From Candidatus Giovannonibacteria bacterium RIFCSPHIGHO2_01_FULL_45_24 (GTDB lineage Bacteria > Patescibacteriota > Minisyncoccia > UBA11713 > 2-01-FULL-45-33): 53,291 nt of DNA. The stretch spans positions 1 through 53,291 of the forward strand of contig MFHE01000010.1 of assembly GCA_001778495.1 (NCBI GenBank). The letters are read 5' to 3'. The notes below the pieces were generated by a model. It made no database searches, had not been told where the DNA came from, and saw nothing but the letters and a program-made list of their open reading frames with translations. The position numbers and the translations under genes were made by a program. Shown here in pieces: positions 44,494 to 53,291 of the stretch; the first letter of the stretch is position 1; each line of letters opens with the position of its first letter.

Positions 44494-45438
44494 TCACATT
44501 TCCATCATCTTTACAATATTGGCGTGGTCTTCTCTAGCCATTTCAAAAGCGTTGGCGTTAATCGCCCCCATTTTTGTTTTTGGAAACATATTTGAACGAA
44601 AACCGCAAATAACCCCGAGCTTTCTCAAAATCTTCAACGTGTTCTTATTATAAGAATTCACCGGATGCGCTACGGCAGCCGGGTTTTGGCCGGTGGCTCG
44701 TTTTATATGCGAGTAATTTTTTTTATACTCGTCAAATTGCTCTTTAAAAGACAAATCCGCAAGCGACGTTGGATGAGAATAAGAATGCAGCCCTATAACG
44801 TGTCCGCTGTCGTTAAGATATTTTAAATCTTTATTGGACATCCATAAGCTCTTTGACATCTCTTTTTTATTCAGACCACGGTCCTTTAAAATGGCATCCA
44901 TTATTTTTTCATAATTATCTTTCCTTAAGACCTTATCGCGCAAAAAACGGAATCGGACATCGTTTGCGGAATAAAACGGGAAGTCTGCCAGCATTTTCTT
45001 CTCAACTTCCGGGTCTGCCTCCGTGGCAATTCCGAATTCAGAAACTTTTTTAAAAAATAATTGATAAAAATCATCTATGTTATCAAAATATTTTACCCGG
45101 AAAAATCTATAGAGCTCCAAATTCTCCAGTCTTCCTTCAAAAACGCCGGAGTAGACAAACCAGAAAGCTTTAAGGCCGTATTTCTCCAGCACAGGCAAAG
45201 CGATCTCTGTTTGGCATAAAAGCGCGTCGTCGAAAGTCAGGCAAACATCCCCGTTCTTTAATTTATTTTCTTTCAACCTTTTTAACCACTCGAGCGGCGG
45301 CAAAATTCTTTCGAGACCGATGTAATGCAATAGATCATTGAGGTCGTCGGCGGAAATGGCGCCTTGCCCCCATGGATGCGCTTCATTGTAAAAGTGATGG
45401 AACATAATTCCATGCGGAATTTTTTTTGGATACGCCAT
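44494..45438 (-). CDS. Polysaccharide deacetylase (CE4-like)
   Basis: GIMFHHF, LTFDD, IGLHSYSHP. Confidence 0.9.
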   Translation of the reverse strand: MAYPKKIPHGIMFHHFYNEAHPWGQGAISADDLNDLLHYIGLERILPPLEWLKRLKENKLKNGDVCLTFDDALLCQTEIALPVLEKYGLKAFWFVYSGVFEGRLENLELYRFFRVKYFDNIDDFYQLFFKKVSEFGIATEADPEVEKKMLADFPFYSANDVRFRFLRDKVLRKDNYEKIMDAILKDRGLNKKEMSKSLWMSNKDLKYLNDSGHVIGLHSYSHPTSLADLSFKEQFDEYKKNYSHIKRATGQNPAAVAHPVNSYNKNTLKILRKLGVICGFRSNMFPKTKMGAINANAFEMAREDHANIVKMMEM

Positions 45439-45443
45439 AGATT

Positions 45444-46577
45444 TTAACCAAAATAGCTTTCCAGCTTGCTTTCTCTGACCGTGTCCAGTGTGCTGCAATG
45501 GATGCCGCCCATGTAATAAGAATGCCTGAATCGAATAGGGACCGGGGTAATTTTATGTTTTTTTAAAAGATTAATTAAAGGAACCTGCCACTCATCAACA
45601 ATTACCGTATTCAGATCCACCGAAAGTATGTTCATGCCAATCCAATCCGATGCCATAGAATCAAGACTAGATTGAATGCCCAGAGACGCAAGCTCTTTGT
45701 GAACCTTTTTGCGAACGTCTTTGTGAAATTTTACGGTTGATTCCGGCGCAGGAACAATATCCGTGAAATAAATTTTCTCCCATGAATTTAAAACCGAGGG
45801 ACAAGTCTCCGGCGACACCCTTGTTGCATTAAGCAAAACCAGCCCAGGGCGAAGAGCCAAAACGGTTGAGTCAATATGGCTTGAGCGGTAAATTTTTTCA
45901 GTCGTATGAACCCGATATTCATTGCCCAGAACGCTTTGAAGCCATTTTGCGCCGAGATTATTGCCGGATCTGGATACAAGATAAAGCAAATCTTTGCCCA
46001 TTCTCACTGTATTGGCGGCCTCAAAAAGGATTTCGTCTTCGGTTAATTTTATAAATTTCTGCCCGTCTTCATACTCATTTTTTTCGCCATCATAGTAAAT
46101 AATCATGTGATTACCGGCAAGTCTCGGCTTCGGCCCGGCAATCCAGCGAAACCCTTCTTTGAAATATTCATACCAAATATCATACAGACCAAAAGCCTCA
46201 AAATATCTGTGCTTTTCTTGAGACGGCGACTCAATAACGGTATTTCCGACCACAAGATGAAGATCTCTCATATTGTAACAATAGTCGCCCGCAGCCCGGA
46301 AATAAGGCGTGGCAAAAAAACTGTTTACATGCGATGTTTCCGGCCGATATACTTTTATACCAAATGATTTGAGCGTGTTGCTCAACCCCTCTAAATCTTC
46401 ATTTATTTCATCAATCAACCATTTAGGCGACGCTTCGCGCGCCAAGCGGTTTGCTTTTTTCAAGAGATCCTCCGAAATCTGTCCGGGCGCCGTAAACAAA
46501 AGCGGCGCTTGTCCCTCCCCGCGGCCCACAACAATTTCCCGAAGCTTGTCCCATTCATTATGGCTGTTAATTTTCAT
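45444..46577 (-). CDS. Amidinotransferase (glycine/inosamine-phosphate amidinotransferase family)
   Basis: NSHNEWDKL, RD...VG..VIE, FEAAN, HIDST, GGIHCSTLD. Confidence 0.9.
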   Translation of the reverse strand: MKINSHNEWDKLREIVVGRGEGQAPLLFTAPGQISEDLLKKANRLAREASPKWLIDEINEDLEGLSNTLKSFGIKVYRPETSHVNSFFATPYFRAAGDYCYNMRDLHLVVGNTVIESPSQEKHRYFEAFGLYDIWYEYFKEGFRWIAGPKPRLAGNHMIIYYDGEKNEYEDGQKFIKLTEDEILFEAANTVRMGKDLLYLVSRSGNNLGAKWLQSVLGNEYRVHTTEKIYRSSHIDSTVLALRPGLVLLNATRVSPETCPSVLNSWEKIYFTDIVPAPESTVKFHKDVRKKVHKELASLGIQSSLDSMASDWIGMNILSVDLNTVIVDEWQVPLINLLKKHKITPVPIRFRHSYYMGGIHCSTLDTVRESKLESYFG

Positions 46578-46585
46578 ATTATTTT

Positions 46586-47818
46586 TTAACGATTCTCTAT
46601 TGGTTTGTAAGCGATGAAATCCGCGTGGCGCACGCCGCAAGCGCCCTTAAAAAGAACTTCTGTTTTTTCGATAAACTTGCGCAGTTTCTTCAAGTCAGAT
46701 GTATAAACCAAGCTAACAAATTCGTCGGCTTCCCCAAGAGCTCGCAGGAGTTTCTCGCGAAGGGGCTGGAGAAAATTCAGCGCGTCGGACGACTTTGCCA
46801 ACGCGCGCGATAATTCTTGAAAACGGCCGGCATCGAGCTTGGTATTTTTATTGAAGTTCGCCACATATGATGTAATGTTTGCAAGCGCCGCCGCAAGCGG
46901 ATTCAGCCCGCTCATGAATTTGGGGAAGGCCTTGCTATCCGATTCTGTCTGCAACATCCATACCAATTCAGTAAGCGCGCCAAGATTAGCCAGATTAGAT
47001 ACCGATGCCGCATCAAACTTTGGCTGGTGATGCTGCGAATCCCCGCGAAGCGGCACGGCAAATAGAGGATATGACGAATACAAGCGCAAACCGCCACTCT
47101 TCATCCAACCCACAACTTCCGCAACCGAAGAGTCGTCCTGGGATTGAATCACCCATCTGTCAAAAATGATGGCGCGGCGCGTGCGAGGAATAAACTTCTC
47201 ACTGCGGTCAATGTCTTCTTTAAAAAGAAATTCGCAAACTTTCACCATTTCGTCTGGTGTTGAAGCAAAATGATAGACGGCGAAACGCTGCAGCATGTTC
47301 TGGAATCCCCCAGCTTTATTCGGGTCTCCGAAAATCAAAAATCCGCCCGGTTTGACCATCCTCGCGATTTTTTGGAAAGCAGCTTCCTTTGCCGCGGTAT
47401 GCGAGAGAACAGCCCTGCAATGAACAATGTCGTACAGCTTGCCGCTCTCCGGGCTATAATCAAAGATTGATGAACAAATAAAAGTGTGGTCGTCAAAATT
47501 CCGCGCGTATTTTTTAAACACCTCTTTTGAGATGCTCTGCGCTTTGGGATTCATTTCAACAAGCGTGCATTTGGCGCCCCAGCTTGCAAGATACACGGTA
47601 TTTTCCCCCGTTCCCGCCCCGAAGTCTATGAGTTCCGCGCCGCGAAACATTTGCGGAGGGAATTTGAACAGCTCTCTGTAAACAAATTCGGCGTTCCTTA
47701 CATAATCCCTATACGCGGCTTTATTTTTGTGGGAAAAGTATTGCGAAGGAATTTCTTCCTGAAAAGTCTTGAGGGTCTCGCTTTCTGTTTTCTTAATCTT
47801 GCCTTTATTGAGAATCAT
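46586..47818 (-). CDS. Class I SAM-dependent methyltransferase with C-terminal extension
   Basis: IDFGAGTGE, VLSHT, VKPGG. Confidence 0.88.
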   Translation of the reverse strand: MILNKGKIKKTESETLKTFQEEIPSQYFSHKNKAAYRDYVRNAEFVYRELFKFPPQMFRGAELIDFGAGTGENTVYLASWGAKCTLVEMNPKAQSISKEVFKKYARNFDDHTFICSSIFDYSPESGKLYDIVHCRAVLSHTAAKEAAFQKIARMVKPGGFLIFGDPNKAGGFQNMLQRFAVYHFASTPDEMVKVCEFLFKEDIDRSEKFIPRTRRAIIFDRWVIQSQDDSSVAEVVGWMKSGGLRLYSSYPLFAVPLRGDSQHHQPKFDAASVSNLANLGALTELVWMLQTESDSKAFPKFMSGLNPLAAALANITSYVANFNKNTKLDAGRFQELSRALAKSSDALNFLQPLREKLLRALGEADEFVSLVYTSDLKKLRKFIEKTEVLFKGACGVRHADFIAYKPIENR

Positions 47819-48555
47819 TTTTGGCCGGGAGTAATCTCTAAAAAGTAGAACTGGTGGAGTATTTGCGTTCCGTTGATGATGGCGCGTTCGCCGTTTTCAA
47901 GCTTAAAAGTCCATGATCGCAGGGGGTCGTCCTTATGCCGCGGAATATCGATTCCTATAACGAAGCGATGAAAGGCGCCCTTCGCGCCTCGTTTGCGCAA
48001 ATGTTCAAGTACTGTTTTCTGCGAAAACACATTCCATCCGCGCTGATAGCGCGAACCGGGCTTTGCATAACGCACGCGCATAACCACATCAACATCCTCG
48101 GGATTGAAAAGCCCATCGACAAATATATGGCCATTGGGTTTTACCAATCGAAGTAAATTATCTAACCAAGAGCCAACATCATCAAATATGCTATGCACAG
48201 CCAGAAGAAATACCGCGTCAAATTTACTTTTTGGCAGTCCTTTCCCCGTATAAATATCGCCGCGTATATAACTTGCCTGCAGCACCTCGCGTTTTGCCAG
48301 TTTCAAAAGCGCGGGCACAACATCCAATCCGGTAAGCGAGGCATTTGGATAGAGCGCGCGCAGATAGTGGAGAAAGTCGCCGGACGCGCAGCCGACATCC
48401 AATATTTCGGGGCGCGTAAGTGTCCGCAAATGACGATCCGCAATCCGCATTATTGACTTAAACTTCTCCTTAACTTTAAGCTTGCGATTTTCGCTTAAAT
48501 ATAATTTATCGTGCTCTCGAACAACTTTTTTAGTAAACGGGTTTCGCGTACTCAT
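47815..48555 (-). CDS. Class I SAM-dependent methyltransferase
   Basis: LDVGCASG, GLD, VKPNG. Confidence 0.88.
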   Translation of the reverse strand: MSTRNPFTKKVVREHDKLYLSENRKLKVKEKFKSIMRIADRHLRTLTRPEILDVGCASGDFLHYLRALYPNASLTGLDVVPALLKLAKREVLQASYIRGDIYTGKGLPKSKFDAVFLLAVHSIFDDVGSWLDNLLRLVKPNGHIFVDGLFNPEDVDVVMRVRYAKPGSRYQRGWNVFSQKTVLEHLRKRGAKGAFHRFVIGIDIPRHKDDPLRSWTFKLENGERAIINGTQILHQFYFLEITPGQK

Positions 48556-48557
48556 AT

Positions 48558-49550
48558 TTATTTCTCAAGTTTATATAGAGCCCGTAAATTTTGCAAGTCT
48601 TCTTTAAAGGTGTAGGGATACGGCGCGCGGCCGTAAATTGCGTCAACAAACGCTTTTATTTCATCGTTATACATCTCCTCGGCGGCTAAATAGCCGGTCT
48701 CCGGATTTCCTTTCGGAACCTCAATGGTCTCCGTCTGCTTTGTTTTTGCGTCATAAATTTTAATCCAATTTTCCAGCCACTCCCACTCCAATACACCATC
48801 GCTTCCTAAAATACGCAGCGTCCGGAAGGGCTTGCGCGAAATTATATCAATCAAGAGACTGCCTAAAATTTTATTTTGATATTTTAAGTAAGCCCAAGTA
48901 ATATCTTTGGCGCCAATCTCTAACTCCAGGTCTGAAATTTTATCCGTAAAACCGAAAACGACGTCGGCCTGACGCCCGAAAAGCCAATTCAGCCAGCTAA
49001 GTTCAAATAAAAACATTGTGCGGAAAGCGCCGGTTTCTTTTTTGGCGAAATAAATTTGGCGATAGTCCTCCCACGAGTGCCATTCCGGCAGATATTGGCC
49101 TGCATGATGATGAAAAGCCAAAACTTTTCCAATACGCCCATCTCCAATATATTTTTTCATCATTTTAATCGGCAGAAAAAAACGAAACGAGCAGGACGGC
49201 GCCATTACGATGCCTAAATTTTTATCCGCCAGCCGGCGGATTTCTTCATAACCGTCGTCTGTCGTCGCGAGCTCAACAAAAAAATGTTTTTTATTGGCAA
49301 GCGCCCAGCGGATATAATCGCCGTGCTTGTCTGGGGGCGTGGAGATGCTCACAGCGTCAATATCTTCCGCGCCAAGTGCATCTAAATTATCAATCGTTCG
49401 TATATTGTATTTTTCTTCGGCCTCGTGTCTGCGTTCAGCGGAAAAGTCCATGCCAATGACATTATTTTCGCCGCAAGCCGCCAAATTACGGATTCGGCGC
49501 TTGCCCATTGACCCCAAGCCGATTTGCAAAAATTTAAGTTTATCCGCCAT
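48558..49550 (-). CDS. Gfo/Idh/MocA oxidoreductase
   Basis: IGLGSMGKRR, ISTPPDKH, GQYLPEWH.WEDYR. Confidence 0.88.
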   Translation of the reverse strand: MADKLKFLQIGLGSMGKRRIRNLAACGENNVIGMDFSAERRHEAEEKYNIRTIDNLDALGAEDIDAVSISTPPDKHGDYIRWALANKKHFFVELATTDDGYEEIRRLADKNLGIVMAPSCSFRFFLPIKMMKKYIGDGRIGKVLAFHHHAGQYLPEWHSWEDYRQIYFAKKETGAFRTMFLFELSWLNWLFGRQADVVFGFTDKISDLELEIGAKDITWAYLKYQNKILGSLLIDIISRKPFRTLRILGSDGVLEWEWLENWIKIYDAKTKQTETIEVPKGNPETGYLAAEEMYNDEIKAFVDAIYGRAPYPYTFKEDLQNLRALYKLEK

Positions 49551-50433
49551 ATTTTTTCAAATACTCTATATTTCTAACATCCCGAACGGCTTCATCCCAA
49601 TTAGAAAAATACTTGCCGCTTCTTATTAAACCGACGAAAAAATTAATTTCTCTGTGATACATCCTGCCGCGGTCTTCGGCGTCTGAAGAATCCCAGATTA
49701 AACTGCCTTCAGAACCCATGATTTCCAGAAACCTTCTGCTGGGAATTCTTAAATAATCTTGGTGCACGGATACAATGGCTCCGGTTTTTTTGCCGACAAA
49801 AATGCTTTCAGCAAAGTCTTCTGTATCTATTTTAAGATTAGATAGTTTTCTGACATACGATCGCTGCGGCATCAAAGCATCATCCAAAAGCCAAGCCGGA
49901 TAATTAATATCGTGCACCAAATCCAGCAAGACCCCTCCGCCCATCTTATTTTTGGCGGAATAAATTTTTCTATAATCTCGCCCCGGGCGCCACTCTCGTA
50001 AATCTTGGCCAACGGAAACGCGCATATAGTAGATTCTGCCGAATTTGCCGCTTTTTATATTTTTTTTAATTTTAATAAATGGGGCAAAAAAATGAAAATT
50101 GTATCCAACCCAAACGCTGATTTTTTTTCGTTTTAACGTTCTGCCAAGCGCTATTAAGCCACGAGAACTGTGGGCCAGCGGCTTTTCTACAAAAATAACT
50201 TTCGGTCTTAACGCAATACATTTTTTGATCGTTGCCGCATGCTTATACGTTTCATTCGCGACAACGATGCCTTCATAAGGACCGCCGTTGGCAAAATCGC
50301 GCCAATGTTTAACTTGGCGCGACAAATCAACGTCGTCTCTTTTAGAAAACACTACGACATTTTTTTTATATTTATTCAAATTTTTATAATGTCTTTGGCC
50401 TATTGAGCCAAAGCCGATTATGCCAATTTTCAT
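49540..50433 (-). CDS. Gfo/Idh/MocA oxidoreductase
   Basis: IGFGSIGQRH, VEKP, WRPGRDYR, GGVLLDLVHD. Confidence 0.9.
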   Translation of the reverse strand: MKIGIIGFGSIGQRHYKNLNKYKKNVVVFSKRDDVDLSRQVKHWRDFANGGPYEGIVVANETYKHAATIKKCIALRPKVIFVEKPLAHSSRGLIALGRTLKRKKISVWVGYNFHFFAPFIKIKKNIKSGKFGRIYYMRVSVGQDLREWRPGRDYRKIYSAKNKMGGGVLLDLVHDINYPAWLLDDALMPQRSYVRKLSNLKIDTEDFAESIFVGKKTGAIVSVHQDYLRIPSRRFLEIMGSEGSLIWDSSDAEDRGRMYHREINFFVGLIRSGKYFSNWDEAVRDVRNIEYLKKYGG

Positions 50434-51638
50434 TGTTTTATTATAAAAGTAACTTCGCCAGAAAGTAAATATTTGCCGTTCTCCGGTTGATGATTCGCGG
50501 AGAGTTTAATGTTTTTTAAAATTGCCTTGTTTTCGCCCCAACGATCAGCCAAAACCGCGAACTTCTCGTCTTTAAATCTCCGATAATCACGTTCCCGAAT
50601 ACCAAAATAGATTGAATTAGCCGGACCAATTTTAGTCAGAGTATTATCATCAACTCTTATGAATTTCAGTCCGGCGGCTTCGGCATTAAAAAATAATCTG
50701 CCGATATAAGGATTTTCGGGCCTCAAAACAAAATCAACGTATGCCTTGATAACTTTTTTAGCTGTGTATTTAAATAAGTTGTTTATAGGGGCGAGGACTG
50801 GTTTTAGATAAAACATTTTTTTAAATCTTGCGAAGCAATATTCTCCAATAGAACTTCTTGCGGAATTTATAGAAGAATTGTAGTTAAAATACTCGCACCC
50901 CGGAGCAATAGCTTTCATAATTTCTTGCTTGTAGGGACTTTTTGTAAAAAGTTTCCGCACAGGATAATAGTTATCGTCTTTAGCTCCGGGAATCTTAACT
51001 GCCCGCTCAAAATAGGCAGAGTCGTTTATGCCCAAAAAGTTAAACATCTTGGAGATAGAATTTCCGGCATCGTAAACGATATTTTCGTACCGGGTTAGAG
51101 TCCAATTCTCGTTTTTATATTTTAAATAAAGATCAATGCACTCCTTCCAAGAATGTGCCGCACGTAGCAGTAGATCGTCCGGCAGCGAAAGGACTGTCTT
51201 TGTAAACAAAAGATATGTCTCGGTGCCGCCCAAAGTCATAGATTGAAAATTGTGCCAAGGATTGCGCACAATAAACACAAAAAGCGCATCAGGAAACATT
51301 TCTTTAAAAAACGGCACGCGAGCGATATGATCTGGCGACTTAATAACCAATCGCTTGCCGCCCGCCAACGAGAGATAGATGCGTCTTACGCGCTCTATGG
51401 CATTTTTATCAAAAATCGGAACTGCGAGTTGCGGATCGCCTTTTGCATCCCATTTTTCAAAATCAAAATTATCCCACCAGATTTGCGTGTCAGTGGTATT
51501 TGATTTATCTTCAGGCACAACCCCGCCTTTAACCTTATGATCAGTAATTAAAAAGTGGCCGTTCTTGCCCCCAAGAATCCTAGCCAACATGCTTGTCCCA
51601 GAATTGGCGCAACCCAAGATAATGATGGGCGGCTTCAT
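50430..51638 (-). CDS. Sulfotransferase family protein
   Basis: IIILGCANSGTSML, KSP.H, IVRNP, RYE. Confidence 0.82.
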   Translation of the reverse strand: MKPPIIILGCANSGTSMLARILGGKNGHFLITDHKVKGGVVPEDKSNTTDTQIWWDNFDFEKWDAKGDPQLAVPIFDKNAIERVRRIYLSLAGGKRLVIKSPDHIARVPFFKEMFPDALFVFIVRNPWHNFQSMTLGGTETYLLFTKTVLSLPDDLLLRAAHSWKECIDLYLKYKNENWTLTRYENIVYDAGNSISKMFNFLGINDSAYFERAVKIPGAKDDNYYPVRKLFTKSPYKQEIMKAIAPGCEYFNYNSSINSARSSIGEYCFARFKKMFYLKPVLAPINNLFKYTAKKVIKAYVDFVLRPENPYIGRLFFNAEAAGLKFIRVDDNTLTKIGPANSIYFGIRERDYRRFKDEKFAVLADRWGENKAILKNIKLSANHQPENGKYLLSGEVTFIIKQ

Positions 51639-52364
51639 TTATTTAAAACTTTTGATTTCTTTAGTCAGTTTGTCTTTGTGTTTATAAAGATATTCTGCCA
51701 AAACCCAGTCTTCCGGAGTATCTAAATCAACCGACCGCCACTTGTCGCAAATCACGGCTCTTGTATCGCTGGTAAAAATGTCTTTTTCTTTAAGCAACGC
51801 GGACGTTTTTACAATATATACGAAACAGCCGTTTAAAATGTACGCCTTGCGCCATTGCTGGACGTTAGACGGCAACTTGCCTCCGGGACTGTTAGCCAAA
51901 ATGATTTTATTCTGCGCGTCCAGATAATAAAGGCGCGGATGCGTAGAACACACGGTAAGAACGGTCGTGGCGCCGCTTTCTTTTATAAATTCCCAGCATT
52001 CATTAATGTCCTTTTGTTCGCGGAGCGGCGAGGTTGTGTGTAAAAATATTACGTATTCCGGTTCGCATCCTTCTTCTTTTTTTAATCTCTTTAAAAAATA
52101 AACGGCCGAATCATTCACGCTGGCTTTGTCCGCAGCCAAACGCTTGGGGCGCAAAAATGGCGCTTCCGCTCCGTATTTTTTCGCAATCGCCGCAATTTTA
52201 GGGGAATCCGTGTCCACAACCACTCTGTCAATAAAAGAATTTTCTTTTGCCTGCAAAATCGTATGCGCAATCAAAGGTTTGCCAAAAAAATTCCTGATGT
52301 TTTTATTGGGAATGCGTTTAGACCCCCCCCTCGCGGGAATAATAGCCAAGAGTTTTTCTTTCAC
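51639..52364 (-). CDS. neuA: Acylneuraminate cytidylyltransferase (NeuA/LegF family)
   Basis: IPARGGSKRIPNKN, PFLRP, TSPLR, NG, SVDLDTPEDW. Confidence 0.93.
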   Translation of the reverse strand: MKEKLLAIIPARGGSKRIPNKNIRNFFGKPLIAHTILQAKENSFIDRVVVDTDSPKIAAIAKKYGAEAPFLRPKRLAADKASVNDSAVYFLKRLKKEEGCEPEYVIFLHTTSPLREQKDINECWEFIKESGATTVLTVCSTHPRLYYLDAQNKIILANSPGGKLPSNVQQWRKAYILNGCFVYIVKTSALLKEKDIFTSDTRAVICDKWRSVDLDTPEDWVLAEYLYKHKDKLTKEIKSFK

Positions 52365-52379
52365 GCTTTTAAAACTTTT

Positions 52380-53291
52380 TTAACTGACTTGATGTTTCAA
52401 TTTCCACTCTCCGTCCGGCAGACGCTTCCATAAATGCGGCGACTTAAATTCGTCGGCTAATTTCATAAAATATTCTCTGTTCATCACAGGGTAATCAAAC
52501 ATTTTAACGACCTTTGGCGAAAAATCCTTTTCCGTAATGCTTAAATACCGAAAAAGTTCGTCCTCAAATCTTGCGGGATATTCTCCGTCAAATCTTCTCA
52601 CAAGCGATACCCCCTCATCACGCGTTATATCGCCAGATCTTATTTCCTGCGCCGCATCCCAAGTCGCGCGTCCTATGCCAAATTTTATGAACATTGTGTA
52701 AAAATTCAAGTCGTCCATTTTATCATCAATGCTGGTATATTTTCCGTATGTTCCCGGGCTTCGTTCCGGGGCAGCCTGAAAGCCGCCGTGTTCTACCGCG
52801 TAATAATAACAGGATTGCGGATGCCACTTTAAATAATATCCCAGATAATGCACCTCCAAAGCGATTTTTTCCATTCTTGCCGGATCGGCTGGAAAATACG
52901 GCTGAAGATCGTTATCTGAAATATCATAGCGCTGTTTAAAATCTGCTACGGATACGCCGCCTAAATAAATTTTAGATTGATCTTTTGCCGTGAAATAAGA
53001 TCGGTCGCGTTTGGCAGTGGACATATCTGCAATTGGATTGCCGTATTCAGCTTCGTTCTCGCCGTAAAAAACCAAGGGGATATTAAAAGATACGGCTAAT
53101 TTTGGCGGGAGGGATTTTTGGCCCAAAATAAAAGGCTGAAACGGATGAAACAGTTTTTCAAGAGCCAAACGGGTAAGCAGGCGATGCGCGCGGCCGTTTG
53201 GAGTATGCAGATAATTGTCAAAACCGGCGTGGAGCCATGCTTGAAAATTTTTCCATCCCCAATCGGTATAAAGATGCGGCGCCCAAGTTAC
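52380..53291 (-). CDS. N-acetyl-sugar amidotransferase (WbuX/PseA/PtmG-like), 5'-truncated by the window edge
   Basis: Frame open to the edge (VTWAPHLYTDWGWKNF...); YGENEAEYG, YLGYYLKW, SIDDK, KFGIGRAT.DA..EIR.G.ITR.E. Confidence 0.88.
   Translation of the reverse strand, partial: VTWAPHLYTDWGWKNFQAWLHAGFDNYLHTPNGRAHRLLTRLALEKLFHPFQPFILGQKSLPPKLAVSFNIPLVFYGENEAEYGNPIADMSTAKRDRSYFTAKDQSKIYLGGVSVADFKQRYDISDNDLQPYFPADPARMEKIALEVHYLGYYLKWHPQSCYYYAVEHGGFQAAPERSPGTYGKYTSIDDKMDDLNFYTMFIKFGIGRATWDAAQEIRSGDITRDEGVSLVRRFDGEYPARFEDELFRYLSITEKDFSPKVVKMFDYPVMNREYFMKLADEFKSPHLWKRLPDGEWKLKHQVS

Noticed and set aside
44494..44496. TGA reassigned to Gly (code 25)
   Set aside because: Conserved genes in this window end at TGA at the expected length, and the long ORFs have no internal TGA.

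Overview
Bacterial chromosome segment that looks like Patescibacteria/CPR (Parcubacteria-like). This assignment is inferred from a stand-alone 23S gene with an insertion, housekeeping genes that mostly lack Shine-Dalgarno sites, and CPR-typical families. Contents: (1) 1-1.7 kb, the 5' part of a 23S rRNA gene (minus strand) with its own promoter and a helix-45 intervening sequence encoding a small Cys4 protein. (2) 2-21 kb, a minus-strand housekeeping backbone (tRNA-Val, rplJL, rsmE, rsmI, nth, MacAB-like ABC exporter, secA, hpf, arginine decarboxylase) interrupted by small accessory genes. (3) 21-53 kb, a surface-glycan locus with a nonulosonic-acid (NeuABC-type) pathway and many tailoring enzymes, containing a REP-associated tyrosine transposase (RAYT). 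Most striking patterns read directly from the DNA: (a) three stranded copies of a secA 3' tail (KYKKCHGK*, KYKKCHGK*, KRCHGQ*) separate the accessory genes downstream of secA, suggesting serial gene capture at the SEC-C motif. (b) A family of ACTT-[15-nt hairpin]-AAGT palindromes flanks and sits inside the RAYT and recurs as 38-nt doublets within rsmI, secA and an epimerase without breaking their frames. (c) A PaaX/Cas2-like gene is bracketed by matching palindromes. (d) An outer-membrane-barrel-like protein is present in a presumably monoderm organism. Functional calls come from motif recognition by eye; no searches were run.
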